A stretch of DNA of 64,000 bases from IMG/VR virus record IMGVR_UViG_3300026274_000001; one strand, 5' to 3'. The translations under genes were made by a program, and so were the position numbers. Shown in pieces: positions 27,895 through 37,084 of the stretch. This DNA is from a virus. Taxonomy: Duplodnaviria > Caudoviricetes. The notes below the pieces were generated by a model that was given only the letters and a program-made list of their open reading frames with translations, was not told the origin of the DNA and searched no databases. Position 1 is the first letter of the stretch, and the number at the start of each line of letters is the position of its first letter.

Positions 27895-28215
27895 ATGGCA
27901 GACGATAAGAAAGATATCTTTGAAACCGCAGAAGATGAACTTGAAGCACTTGGGTTTTCAGCTGATGAAATTGAATCTATAAAGCAGAAAGTGATTGCGG
28001 TACTCCAAGATCCAGATCTGGCTGATGCATTGGAAAAGGGTGAAATCAATATTGCCCTTACTTTCGAGGATTTTGCAGATAATTTGGTATCAGATCGAAA
28101 TGACGGTGTTTGGTACGATGAAGACGAAGAATTCAATTGGGAAGCAATGACGCCAGAAATTCGTGCGGCAATGGAAGAATTGTACTATAGTGATGAACCG
28201 CCCACTCTTCATTGA
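27895..28215 (+). CDS. Highly acidic hypothetical protein
   Basis: 106 aa, D/E-rich. Confidence 0.75.
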   Translation: MADDKKDIFETAEDELEALGFSADEIESIKQKVIAVLQDPDLADALEKGEINIALTFEDFADNLVSDRNDGVWYDEDEEFNWEAMTPEIRAAMEELYYSDEPPTLH

Positions 28216-28218
28216 ATA

Positions 28219-28392
28219 ATGACATATACGATTCCAAAAGATGTTGAGATCAATACTGAGGTTATTCGTCAGTTGGAATTGATATGTGCCACTTCACAGC
28301 AAGTGCAGGACCAGATCGATAATATCGTTGAATGGGCTTACGATATGGCTTATGGCGGTTACGGTAGAGATACCAGCACGCCTAACAGCTAA
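28219..28392 (+). CDS. Small hypothetical protein (not in track)
   Basis: Manual translation MTYTIPKDVEINTEVIRQ.., 57 aa. Confidence 0.5.
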   Translation: MTYTIPKDVEINTEVIRQLELICATSQQVQDQIDNIVEWAYDMAYGGYGRDTSTPNS

Positions 28393-28456
28393 CGTTCATA
28401 ACTTCCCCTAGGAAGACCGTACATCAGTTGATGTTCATAAAGCTAAATATAATATC

Positions 28457-28684
28457 ATGAACATCAACGACTTTACTCCCTTCAAATCCCGTTTGGACGA
28501 ACTTGGTACAATCGTACCAGGAGTCAACACGACTTGTGATGTCGGTGTTGATGAAACTCCCCAACAAGCCAAGAAATTTGGCAATAAAGTATCCCAAGGT
28601 GGCATCCCACCAACTCTCAGAACTGACGGTAAGTTGTCAGAAACTCGCAGATCAATCTCCTCCCACATTGCAACTGGCAAATAA
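28457..28684 (+). CDS. Hypothetical late protein
   Basis: G.IV.GVNTT.DVG..E...QA.KFGNKV...G.PPTL; TAAATA 7 nt upstream. Confidence 0.7.
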   Translation: MNINDFTPFKSRLDELGTIVPGVNTTCDVGVDETPQQAKKFGNKVSQGGIPPTLRTDGKLSETRRSISSHIATGK

Positions 28685-28748
28685 TTGTTGCAATCAATTG
28701 CCATATTGTTAAAATAGCGTTTGTTGTGCAGCAATGCACGAAAACAAT

Positions 28749-28825
28749 GCGGCGTTAGCTCAGACGGATAGAGCACGAGCCTTCTAAGCTCGGGGTCACT
28801 GGTTCGAATCCAGTACGCCGTACCA
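28749..28825 (+). tRNA. tRNA-Arg (anticodon TCT), CCA encoded
   Basis: Cloverleaf: GCGGCGT/ACGCCGT acceptor, GCTC/GAGC D stem, CGAGC-CTTCTAA-GCTCG, ACTGG-TTCGAAT-CCAGT, ACCA. Confidence 0.97.
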
Positions 28826-28881
28826 AAACTGACAATTGTGGCAATCGTAAATAGACGAACGTTTATGATGTCGGAGAAACA

Positions 28882-29301
28882 ATGAAGTATCTTTCAAAAC
28901 AAGATTTGTTTGACCATGCGGTCAAGCACCTTTTCACACAAACGAAAGCAGGTTTGTTGAAGGGTGGTGGTGGTGCATATCGTGGCCAGGGTGGCGGACG
29001 CTGCCCAATTGGTAGCCTTATCGCATCAGTTGATCATTGTACGGCAATGGAAGGTGTTCCCATCCGTTACATTTGTCGAACCAATAAGATTGGTATCCCA
29101 CATTCTATGGATGTTGGTATTGCTGCACTCGAACGAGCTTTGCGTAATGCAAGGGTCGATATTGACGAGCCTGGAATGCCAGACTTTCTCAGTAAGTTAC
29201 AAAATGTTCATGACATTTTTGGTACTTGGGAATGGAAAGATCGATTTGGTTCAATCGCCCGTGAGTACAGTCTCAATATAGATGCAATCAATCTATACTG
29301 A
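28882..29301 (+). CDS. Conserved phage protein, paralogue pair copy 1
   Basis: QDLFD..V.HL.TQ..AYRG..G.RCPIGSLI..LQ.VHD. Confidence 0.8.
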   Translation: MKYLSKQDLFDHAVKHLFTQTKAGLLKGGGGAYRGQGGGRCPIGSLIASVDHCTAMEGVPIRYICRTNKIGIPHSMDVGIAALERALRNARVDIDEPGMPDFLSKLQNVHDIFGTWEWKDRFGSIAREYSLNIDAINLY

Positions 29302-29309
29302 GGTGTCAA

Positions 29310-29690
29310 GTGTTTGTGGCACAAGAAATATTCAATATAGTCAGTCATCATTTACTGACACAGAATGACAAGTCATTTGATGAAAATGATAGCCCAAGAT
29401 ACTTTGGGCCTTGGGGTAAAAAATGCGCAATAGGTTGTTTAATCCCACCTGAGCATTATGACCCGAAAATAGAAAGTTATGGTGTAAGTCTCATAAGGTT
29501 TCACCGCCCTGGGACAGTTGAGCGTATTTTAGCAACAGCACTATTCAAATCTGGCGTGGATGTTGATAATGATTACATACTTGAAATCTTAATTGATTTA
29601 CAAGAGTGTCATGACATTATACCCACTGACCGATGGTATTGTGAATTGGACGCCATTGCCCGCAAGCATGGCTTAGCATTTCTGCTCTAA
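29310..29690 (+). CDS. Conserved phage protein, paralogue pair copy 2
   Basis: QEIFN.V..HLLTQ..RY.G..G.KCAIGCLI..LQ.CHD; GTG start. Confidence 0.8.
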   Translation: MFVAQEIFNIVSHHLLTQNDKSFDENDSPRYFGPWGKKCAIGCLIPPEHYDPKIESYGVSLIRFHRPGTVERILATALFKSGVDVDNDYILEILIDLQECHDIIPTDRWYCELDAIARKHGLAFLL

Positions 29691-29839
29691 GTCCAGTTTC
29701 GCCGACAATATGGTACCGCATCGAGTAATAACGCTTAAAGGGCGGTTTTACTCATCGCAAGAGTACCATAAATAATTATATCGGGTCTGCCATCTCACGG
29801 TGTCAGGCCCTTTATTTTTTCGGAAGGAAGGAGAGAGCA

Positions 29840-30484
29840 TTGAGAATAAGACATTTCTTATCAATGTTATCATTCTTCGCTGTTGCCCTTGTTTGCATAC
29901 CTAGTTTTGCAGATCGAGGAGCATCGATAGTACCACCCGTGGCACCGTTACCTATGGAAGTAGTGACGATGCCAAAGATGGTATTAACGCCGCAACAGCA
30001 AGTTGATAACGCAAGGAATATTGTAAAATTAGACCAAAGCTATGTTTTAAATTTGAAGCAAAGTGATCCAACGATGTACTGTCTAGCACAGAACGCATTC
30101 TTTGAAGCACGCGCCGAAAGTTTAGAAAACAAAGTTGCGGTCACCGAGGTAGTTAAAAACCGCTTAGACAGCGGTAAATATGCTGGCACTCTGTGTGCCG
30201 TTGTTCGTCAACGGAATTCAGGTATATGTCAGTTTAGTTGGGTGTGTCAGCGTTTGGGGAACGTTCCACTTCGTAATGGTGATGGTACTTTACGTCCTGA
30301 AATTTACCAGCAATGGTATGACAGCGTTCTCGCTGCTTATATCGTTACTAACAAAATAGTCGACCCTGTAGTACCGGGTGCTTTGAACTTTTATGCACAA
30401 CATACAGTTCATCCAGCTTGGGCCTACAAATTTAAACGAATAGCTATCATAGGTGGCCATACGTTTATGAAACCTCGGGACTAA
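29840..30484 (+). CDS. Cell wall hydrolase (SleB/Hydrolase_2)
   Basis: CLAQNAFFEARAE, AV..VV.NR, CQFSWVC, GALNFYA, P.WA, IGGHTF; N-terminal signal. Confidence 0.92.
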   Translation: MRIRHFLSMLSFFAVALVCIPSFADRGASIVPPVAPLPMEVVTMPKMVLTPQQQVDNARNIVKLDQSYVLNLKQSDPTMYCLAQNAFFEARAESLENKVAVTEVVKNRLDSGKYAGTLCAVVRQRNSGICQFSWVCQRLGNVPLRNGDGTLRPEIYQQWYDSVLAAYIVTNKIVDPVVPGALNFYAQHTVHPAWAYKFKRIAIIGGHTFMKPRD

Positions 30485-30499
30485 AAATCCTTGGATGTG

Positions 30500-30525
30500 A
30501 AAGCCCGCTAAATATAGCGGGCTTT
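30500..30525 (+). terminator. Terminator with TAAATA in the loop region
   Basis: AAAGCCCGCTAAATATAGCGGGCTTT. Confidence 0.75.
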
Positions 30526-30543
30526 CCTTTTAACCAACATACA

Positions 30544-31026
30544 ATGTCAAACTGCCATCCACCAAAACCACCACTGCTACCCATCCCACCTGCTCCTCCA
30601 TTACCAAGTTGGTTCCATGGGATTCAAAAAATATGGGATGACCTCTCCTGCGAAGAAGATGGATATTTTTGCATTGAAGCTCAGCGAGTTGGTTGCTTCC
30701 AAATCGATATAGCTGCTGATAGCTATGTTATGGTGGGTATAGTTCAAACTATGCCTACACAAGACTGGTCCATGCGATGCTGGTTTAGCACCGTGCAATA
30801 TGGATCTAGTATCACATTTCAAAATGATGCCGTTTCAGGTTGGAATCCAAACAGAACAAAGCTTTCTGTAATTTGCCTGTATACTGGCGATAAAATTGGC
30901 CTCGACCCCGATGGTGCTAGAGTCTACCCATTCAAAGTAACACCAGGTACGTACTTTCTTAACGTTCAAAATCTGTTCAATGGACGAAATGGCGGCTATC
31001 TTCTGTTGACTAATTGCACCGTTTAG
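30544..31026 (+). CDS. Hypothetical protein, Pro-rich N-terminus
   Basis: 160 aa, beta-rich. Confidence 0.7.
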   Translation: MSNCHPPKPPLLPIPPAPPLPSWFHGIQKIWDDLSCEEDGYFCIEAQRVGCFQIDIAADSYVMVGIVQTMPTQDWSMRCWFSTVQYGSSITFQNDAVSGWNPNRTKLSVICLYTGDKIGLDPDGARVYPFKVTPGTYFLNVQNLFNGRNGGYLLLTNCTV

Positions 31027-31062
31027 CTAGAATGTTAGCACTAGTCAACAGAGGAGTGCTCT

Positions 31063-31719
31063 ATGCTTTACGGATACCGCAAGGACAAAACCACGCTAGT
31101 GGTTACTGCCATTGCTAACAACAATGTCGCAACGTATGAAGAATGGTTTACTACCGTGGAAGGCGATGAATTGGTAGCTGATGTACGTCAAACATCATTC
31201 ATGGATCACTTCAGTGATGAGTTTGCACGTTGTCAAACTGGCGTCTATATCTTCGAATTCGCAAACGAAGAAAATCTCGATGCATTCGCTGCAAAACACG
31301 AAATTACAATTCTTAAGAAAGAAATGTCCCTCGATCGCCATGCTGATATGGTGAATTACGATGCTCCTGATTTTTACGATGTGAGCGAAACCCGCACAAT
31401 CGAAGAAATCGAAGGCCTCGATCAACACGATCCATATGATCGTCGTACTGATGATGAAAAGGCTGAAGACTCAGCATACCGAGCTAAGGTTGAAGAGTTG
31501 AAGAAGTCCGGTCAACTGAGTGGCGACGGTAGCTTCTCACCACGTAAGCCCAAGGACGGTGATTCAGCTGCACACGTAACTGACATTCGCACTACGCGTA
31601 ATGCAGACGGTACTGTGTCTATTGACAATGTGCTGGCAGTAAAAGACTACAGCAATCTCAAGAAGACGCTTGCTGATTCAGACAAGACGGATGATGGGAA
31701 AAGTACCCCTAATACCTGA
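31063..31719 (+). CDS. Acidic hypothetical protein
   Basis: GAGGAG SD, 218 aa. Confidence 0.8.
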   Translation: MLYGYRKDKTTLVVTAIANNNVATYEEWFTTVEGDELVADVRQTSFMDHFSDEFARCQTGVYIFEFANEENLDAFAAKHEITILKKEMSLDRHADMVNYDAPDFYDVSETRTIEEIEGLDQHDPYDRRTDDEKAEDSAYRAKVEELKKSGQLSGDGSFSPRKPKDGDSAAHVTDIRTTRNADGTVSIDNVLAVKDYSNLKKTLADSDKTDDGKSTPNT

Positions 31720-32056
31720 TAACGCACTGTTCCGCACATTCATTAAGTCAATTGAAGAGCCTGGTAACACAAGCCCTACTATTTCCTTTGTGAGTTTGCG
31801 GTTCATGCGACCTGAATTCCAAATTTGGGTCGACAGTTCTATGTTACGCGATGCGGCAAAGTCAGCACTTAATGCTGACTTGCAATATCTTAGATACAGT
31901 ATTGATAACATGGGATGGCGAAGTTTACTACCCAGGGTCAGAAAGCAACTAAAGAATCTAGCAAGTATTCGTGATCAACTCTTTGCTGATTACGAATTCC
32001 TGCGCAAACTGGTGGCCGGTGATAATATCGCTATCATTCTAAGAAAAACAAAATGA
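31670..32056 (+). CDS. Hypothetical protein
   Basis: 128 aa; true start uncertain. Confidence 0.65.
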   Translation: MLIQTRRMMGKVPLIPDNALFRTFIKSIEEPGNTSPTISFVSLRFMRPEFQIWVDSSMLRDAAKSALNADLQYLRYSIDNMGWRSLLPRVRKQLKNLASIRDQLFADYEFLRKLVAGDNIAIILRKTK

Positions 32057-32382
32057 AAGTTCCAAAAGAATTAGCACCAACAGATATCCTATGGAAGGAA
32101 ATTGCTTCGCTTGAATTGTTTCCATATCACTCTGATCGTATTCGAGTAGCAGTTGATAAAGGTTATTGCCCCATGGATCAATACGTGGACAGTATTTCGG
32201 TTTGCGAAGAGTTGATGGCTGCTGGTCGAGATGTTGACGTGGAGATAGCTGATGCAGTGGCTGATCTGTTTGCCACCAGACTATCAACTTACGGGTTGGA
32301 GTGCTTTGCTAATGCGTTTAAGAGGGTATATGACGCTGATGAAGCAGAACGACAGAAACGAATACTAGCAATGCAGAAATGA
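32053..32382 (+). CDS. Hypothetical protein
   Basis: ATGA overlap. Confidence 0.7.
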   Translation: MKVPKELAPTDILWKEIASLELFPYHSDRIRVAVDKGYCPMDQYVDSISVCEELMAAGRDVDVEIADAVADLFATRLSTYGLECFANAFKRVYDADEAERQKRILAMQK

Positions 32383-32387
32383 AAAAA

Positions 32388-32405
32388 GGGGAGCAATTGC
32401 TCCCC
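32388..32405. terminator. Bidirectional terminator
   Basis: GGGGAGCAATTGCTCCCC. Confidence 0.85.
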
Positions 32406-32441
32406 TTTCCCTCATTCGGGTCAGAATGATGCGGCAGTGAT

Positions 32442-32696
32442 TTACTTGAGAATCTTGAAGATTGACAAGAATTTAGCAATCATCTTGCTGAAAAAACCTG
32501 ATGCCTTAACTTCAGCAACAACTGGTGCAACTTCAGCTTGAACTTCAGCAACAACTGGCTGCACTTCAGCAGTAACTTGAGCAACTACTGGCTGTACTTC
32601 AGCAGTAACTTGCGCAACCACTGGCTGTACATCAGCCTTGATTTGTTCAATTGTAGGTGTAACAGTTTCAGCAACTTGCTTGACGATATCGTCCAT
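32442..32696 (-). CDS. 11-residue repeat amphipathic protein
   Basis: (V)QPVVAQVTAE repeats x about 4; AGGAG SD; TAAATA upstream. Confidence 0.8.
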   Translation of the reverse strand: MDDIVKQVAETVTPTIEQIKADVQPVVAQVTAEVQPVVAQVTAEVQPVVAEVQAEVAPVVAEVKASGFFSKMIAKFLSIFKILK

Positions 32697-32988
32697 ATTA
32701 TTCTCCTAGGGATAACAAGAGAGCGGCCTAGCTCCCCAAGATATTTAGTCATGAATGTCGCACATTTATACCATCCTTTTAATTTGTAAGTATTTGTTAC
32801 TCTTGGCGAACGTGCGTAAATACGCATTGACTGTGCAACCAAACTTGTGTCAACTGTGCAAACAGTCCAATAATTACCAAGTTACAAACGGTGCGTATAT
32901 TTGAATAAGTTTAACAATAGCTTTTTCTAATTACGAAGACGCAAGTAGAACCGGTTAAGTTCGCAATCATGTGAATATAAATATTCAC

Positions 32989-33540
32989 ATGAAAGCAAAT
33001 GAATTCGACCAACTTAGTATCAAGCAAACTATCATGGATCTCAAAGGCAACGGCTATGAAATCCTTGGACGTGGGGCAAGCGCAATTGTCCTCGGAAAGG
33101 ACAACAGTGATGTCGTGAAGATCGGTAGCCTGCGTGATGGATGGCTAACGTATGCTCGGGCTTGTGAAGGCCAGACAAATCCATACTTACCAAAGATTCA
33201 CAATCTTGAAATGATGGATGGCTATTATATGGCGGATATCGAGAGATTGCATCCGGTATCCGAATCATTCTTCAAGACCAAACTGTTCAAACAATTAGCG
33301 GCATACATGGTCGTATGTGGGGGATGGTCCAATGCTCGTTATGTTTATTTCAGTAAACTAACACCCATACAGATAAAGAGTTTGGCCAAAAGTTTGGTAG
33401 CAGAAAATACTGAACTGGTCGATGCATTGAAACTCATTATCAAACACAAAGGCGATCACGTCTACGACATTCATCCTGAAAACCTTATGAAGCGATCAGA
33501 TGGATCCTTGGTTATTAGCGATCCCCTAGCTTCACTCTAA
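32989..33540 (+). CDS. Protein-kinase-like enzyme
   Basis: LGRGASAIV, VVKIG, DIHPENLM, VISDP. Confidence 0.8.
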   Translation: MKANEFDQLSIKQTIMDLKGNGYEILGRGASAIVLGKDNSDVVKIGSLRDGWLTYARACEGQTNPYLPKIHNLEMMDGYYMADIERLHPVSESFFKTKLFKQLAAYMVVCGGWSNARYVYFSKLTPIQIKSLAKSLVAENTELVDALKLIIKHKGDHVYDIHPENLMKRSDGSLVISDPLASL

Positions 33541-33578
33541 CATTTTGACGCGATTGCCATACGAGCATATCGTACGGC

Positions 33579-34649
33579 ATGCGTAAACCCATCAATGTTC
33601 TAATCACCGGTGCTGCTGGCTTTATTGGTTCAGCACTTACTCACTACCTGGCGTATTTGGGCGGTTGTTATAAAATAACAGCCGTTGACAACGTTAGCTT
33701 TTCTGACCCTAGTTCAACTGCTCAGCTAGCCAAATTACGAGCCAAAACATATCTTGCTCCTGCAAGTGGTAACGTGACATATGACACTTGCGACATCACT
33801 ATACCTGAAGACGTTGAGCGAGTATTTTCATATGCTAACTTTGATGTCGTAGTTCATCTAGCCGCTAAAGCTGGTATCCGAGAATCACTCACTGATCCTT
33901 ATGCCTATGCCACCACGAACCTTGTGGGGTTCACCAATGTGATCGAAGCTGCCCGTAAAGCTAAAGTTAGACAGTTTATCTACGCATCATCCAGCAGTGT
34001 CTATGGTGCTGACAGCACATTACCGTTCTCTGAATCTGAACCAGCAAATAGCCCAATGAGTTTCTATGCCGCAACCAAACGGGCAAATGAAATGATGGCG
34101 TATAGCTATTCATCAGCACACAATCTGCATACAATCGGATTACGATTTTTTACAGTCTATGGTATGTTCAGTCGTTTAGACATGGCTCCATTTAAGTTTG
34201 CAGATGCTATTATCAATGAACGACCTATTGATGTTTACAATTACGGTAAGAATACTCGAGACTTCACTCATATATCGGAAGTGATACGATATATTGAATC
34301 TTCGTTTTATGAAATTCCTGATGACGATACTATTCCGGCAATCATCAAGAACGTTGGTAATGGTCAGCCGTATTCAGTATTAGAATTTATAGGTGATATT
34401 GAGCAGGCAGTGGGAAAGAAAGCGATTACAACCTTGATGCCACCACAAGTCGGTGATATGGAACATACCGCAGCATGCCAGAATGGCTTGAATGATCGAC
34501 AACGACATGTATTCGCTAGTAATGGGCTGTCACCTGAAGCCTATGTAAGTTGGAGAAGAGTGCAAATTCAACAGATGGTGAACTGGGTGAAATTATACCA
34601 ATCGTATAATAAGCCGCTCACACCAGCTGTCAATCTTCTGTTACAATAA
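33579..34649 (+). CDS. NAD-dependent epimerase (UDP-glucuronate 4-epimerase-like)
   Basis: TGAAGFIGS, HLAAKAGIRES, YASSSSVYG, YAATK, LRFFTVYG, RDFTHI. Confidence 0.92.
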   Translation: MRKPINVLITGAAGFIGSALTHYLAYLGGCYKITAVDNVSFSDPSSTAQLAKLRAKTYLAPASGNVTYDTCDITIPEDVERVFSYANFDVVVHLAAKAGIRESLTDPYAYATTNLVGFTNVIEAARKAKVRQFIYASSSSVYGADSTLPFSESEPANSPMSFYAATKRANEMMAYSYSSAHNLHTIGLRFFTVYGMFSRLDMAPFKFADAIINERPIDVYNYGKNTRDFTHISEVIRYIESSFYEIPDDDTIPAIIKNVGNGQPYSVLEFIGDIEQAVGKKAITTLMPPQVGDMEHTAACQNGLNDRQRHVFASNGLSPEAYVSWRRVQIQQMVNWVKLYQSYNKPLTPAVNLLLQ

Positions 34650-34677
34650 TGGCAAGTAAATTACGGATCACCCACTA

Positions 34678-35067
34678 ATGTTTTTAATCCCACCAGACGC
34701 ATTGAAAGGCAACATCAACGAATATTACACCACTTATGGTGGTGATCGCGGTGAGCTATTGGGATACTTTCCATGTTCAAACACTGAAGACATTTGGTGT
34801 TCGTATTATACCGTGTTGTCTAATGACAAACTGCAACGATTCGCCCCGGTATTCTATATTGACGATATGCTATTTGATGGCGAACCACGGGATGCAGCGC
34901 CAGGTCCTGCTTTGTTTTTTATGGGATGTGACGACGGACACATGGGGATGAAATTCGTCAGTAAAGAAGAAGCAATTGACTGGATTAGATGGTGTCCATA
35001 TGTTGACTTCAATGCACTATATCAAGCGTACAGCGAACACAAAATAGATCTTTATTTCCATAATTGA
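34678..35067 (+). CDS. Hypothetical protein
   Basis: 129 aa; LFFMGCDDG. Confidence 0.75.
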   Translation: MFLIPPDALKGNINEYYTTYGGDRGELLGYFPCSNTEDIWCSYYTVLSNDKLQRFAPVFYIDDMLFDGEPRDAAPGPALFFMGCDDGHMGMKFVSKEEAIDWIRWCPYVDFNALYQAYSEHKIDLYFHN

Positions 35068-35068
35068 T

Positions 35069-35269
35069 ATGAATTTCCCAGCTCCAAATCCCAACCCTGA
35101 TATGACCGAAGTAATCGTCAGGGCTGAAGAATGGTTAAAGCATCGAATCGTAGGTGAAATGGATTCGAGTGCTGAAGTAATGATATTTGGGCCATTGATA
35201 CAAGCCATTTATGGGAAAGATATCTTTGATAGACTTAATGCAATCGAGATCAAGAGTAAGGCTAAGTGA
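35069..35269 (+). CDS. Hypothetical protein
   Basis: 66 aa. Confidence 0.6.
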   Translation: MNFPAPNPNPDMTEVIVRAEEWLKHRIVGEMDSSAEVMIFGPLIQAIYGKDIFDRLNAIEIKSKAK

Positions 35270-35750
35270 TCTGTATGTATTTCTTAATCTTAGCCATGCT
35301 TGCTGAATCGTTCAATACACCCTGAAGGCCAAAGTGTAAGGGTGATGGTAGCTGGTCAAGCTTGAACCAATCTGCTCGTTCTGTTTCCCAATCCAAACGC
35401 GGTGTAAACTCATTATCAACTATAGCCAAATAGTTGAAATATCGAAATGTGCCTGACTTGAATATGAATAACGGTTCAAGCTCAAAGTGTCCATGATACC
35501 CCGCCTCTTCGCTTACTTCCCTGCGTACTGCAACGGTAGGTGTCTCGTTTTCATCAATAGCCCCTCCCCAAGTACCCCACGTATGCGGTTGTTCAACCTG
35601 TACCGAACGTAGGGGAAGTAAGATTCGCCCCGTATCTCTAGCTAGTATGATACAACCAGCACCAGCACGACCCCAGAAGCCTGTGTCATCGAGAGCTTTT
35701 GCATGTTCTTCGTCGTTCTCGTACAAATTTACAATTTGATGATATCGCAT
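35262..35750 (-). CDS. Nudix hydrolase
   Basis: GTWGGAIDENETPTVAVRREVSEEAG Nudix box. Confidence 0.92.
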   Translation of the reverse strand: MRYHQIVNLYENDEEHAKALDDTGFWGRAGAGCIILARDTGRILLPLRSVQVEQPHTWGTWGGAIDENETPTVAVRREVSEEAGYHGHFELEPLFIFKSGTFRYFNYLAIVDNEFTPRLDWETERADWFKLDQLPSPLHFGLQGVLNDSASMAKIKKYIQIT

Positions 35751-35837
35751 AATATTCCTAATTTACGCAATATTTATGTAATATTTGACCGTGGTATATT
35801 CATGCAAATACAGCCAGTTTGAGTGTAGAATATTAGC

Positions 35838-36077
35838 ATGTTCAAAAAGCTTCTTAAACATTTTTCCGATAACTCATTCCTAGAAAAAGATCTGATCGTC
35901 AATCAGCATCGTTATGCATTCAATGAATGGAGCGAATGGTTTGCCTGGTACCCGGTAATTCACAATGACGAACTATATTGGTTTCGACGAATTTATCGTC
36001 GATCGGTGTTCATCAAAGTTATCGACATAACTACACATCAATATACTACTCTTATGGAATTCTTGGCACAATCATGA
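35838..36077 (+). CDS. Trp-rich family C copy 1
   Basis: EWSEWFAWYPVIHNDELYWFRRIYRR. Confidence 0.75.
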   Translation: MFKKLLKHFSDNSFLEKDLIVNQHRYAFNEWSEWFAWYPVIHNDELYWFRRIYRRSVFIKVIDITTHQYTTLMEFLAQS

Positions 36078-36274
36078 CTAAACCCCAACCCATACAAGCT
36101 TTTCCATTTACTCATTATGGTGAATGGAAAGAAGTACGTGCGTGGAAGTCAATTATGATTAATGATGAGAAATATTGGCTAAAGAAAGTGTGGAGACGCT
36201 TTGTTTACAACTCAGATGTTGGATCATATTGGGAATATGTTACAGAGGCGGAGTACCTGGCAATTAAATCGTAG
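36074..36274 (+). CDS. Family C copy 2
   Basis: GEWKEVRAWKSIMINDEKYWLKKVWRR; ATG 36074. Confidence 0.7.
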   Translation: MTKPQPIQAFPFTHYGEWKEVRAWKSIMINDEKYWLKKVWRRFVYNSDVGSYWEYVTEAEYLAIKS

Positions 36275-36368
36275 CCAGTTAATATTAAGCTTGACAGCAT
36301 TATCAGTAGGTAGTTCAATGCGAACTACACAACTGACCTTTCACCATTAGGGTGACAAATCGAATTCT

Positions 36369-36551
36369 ATGCCAAAAAATACTGAATGGACAACATGGCG
36401 AGAATGGTTTGCCTGGTACCCCGTACGATATAACGGTAAGCATATTTGGATGTCTACCATATATCGTCGTACCCGTAAGGTGCATGGTCGTGAAGGTATT
36501 TGGACCCAAAAAGAATATATCACTCTCCATGACTACCTCAAAAACAAATAA
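36369..36551 (+). CDS. Family C copy 3
   Basis: TWREWFAWYPVRYNGKHIWMSTIYRR. Confidence 0.75.
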   Translation: MPKNTEWTTWREWFAWYPVRYNGKHIWMSTIYRRTRKVHGREGIWTQKEYITLHDYLKNK

Positions 36552-36573
36552 GCCCCGTTGTAAGTTTTCAACA

Positions 36574-36756
36574 ATGACCGATTTCCATTCGGGTAATTGG
36601 GAACCCTTTTTCCCTAAATGGTTCCCAAGGCAATCAGAAGACGGTACGTGGTTTTGGCGTATTCATATTTTTCGTAGACCCTGGTGGGACGACTACCTGG
36701 AAGAAGGTCCGATATATGAATATGCAGAAGAACCGTACGGCACTCAAACTCAGTAA
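36574..36756 (+). CDS. Family C copy 4
   Basis: NWEPFFPKWFPRQSEDGTWFWRIHIFRR; ATG 36574. Confidence 0.65.
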   Translation: MTDFHSGNWEPFFPKWFPRQSEDGTWFWRIHIFRRPWWDDYLEEGPIYEYAEEPYGTQTQ

Positions 36757-36783
36757 CGACTTGTAATATTAATTTAGGAGAAT

Positions 36784-37020
36784 ATCTTCAAAGACATCCT
36801 TCCAGGCAGAATTAGACACTCCTATACGGAGTGGAAAGAGGTTTACCTTGAGAAACCGATTCAATATCGTGGTGAAACTTTGTGTCATGAAATGATATGG
36901 CACAGAGAGCATCGAATGATTGATAATTGCACAGTTACGATAGATGAATATTGGAATGTAGCCGATAAGTTGGCAGAACTTGAACCAGTATGTATTATGA
37001 GAAATTTGCAATTCATCTAA
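36784..37020 (+). pseudogene. Family C copy 5, no canonical start (pseudogene or non-AUG start)
   Basis: Open frame YTEWKEVYLEKPIQYRGETLCHEMIWHR after TAG 36775; AGGAG at 36776. Confidence 0.45.
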
Positions 37021-37042
37021 AACGAGTGTATAAATAAGATTA

Positions 37043-37065
37043 CAGTAAGCGATAGACGCGAACTG
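37043..37065 (+). promoter_or_regulatory. ATAGA-loop hairpin 1
   Basis: CAGT-AA-GCG-ATAGA-CGC-GA-ACTG, 25 nt before ATG. Confidence 0.65.
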
Positions 37066-37084
37066 ACAAATTAACATAGGAACT

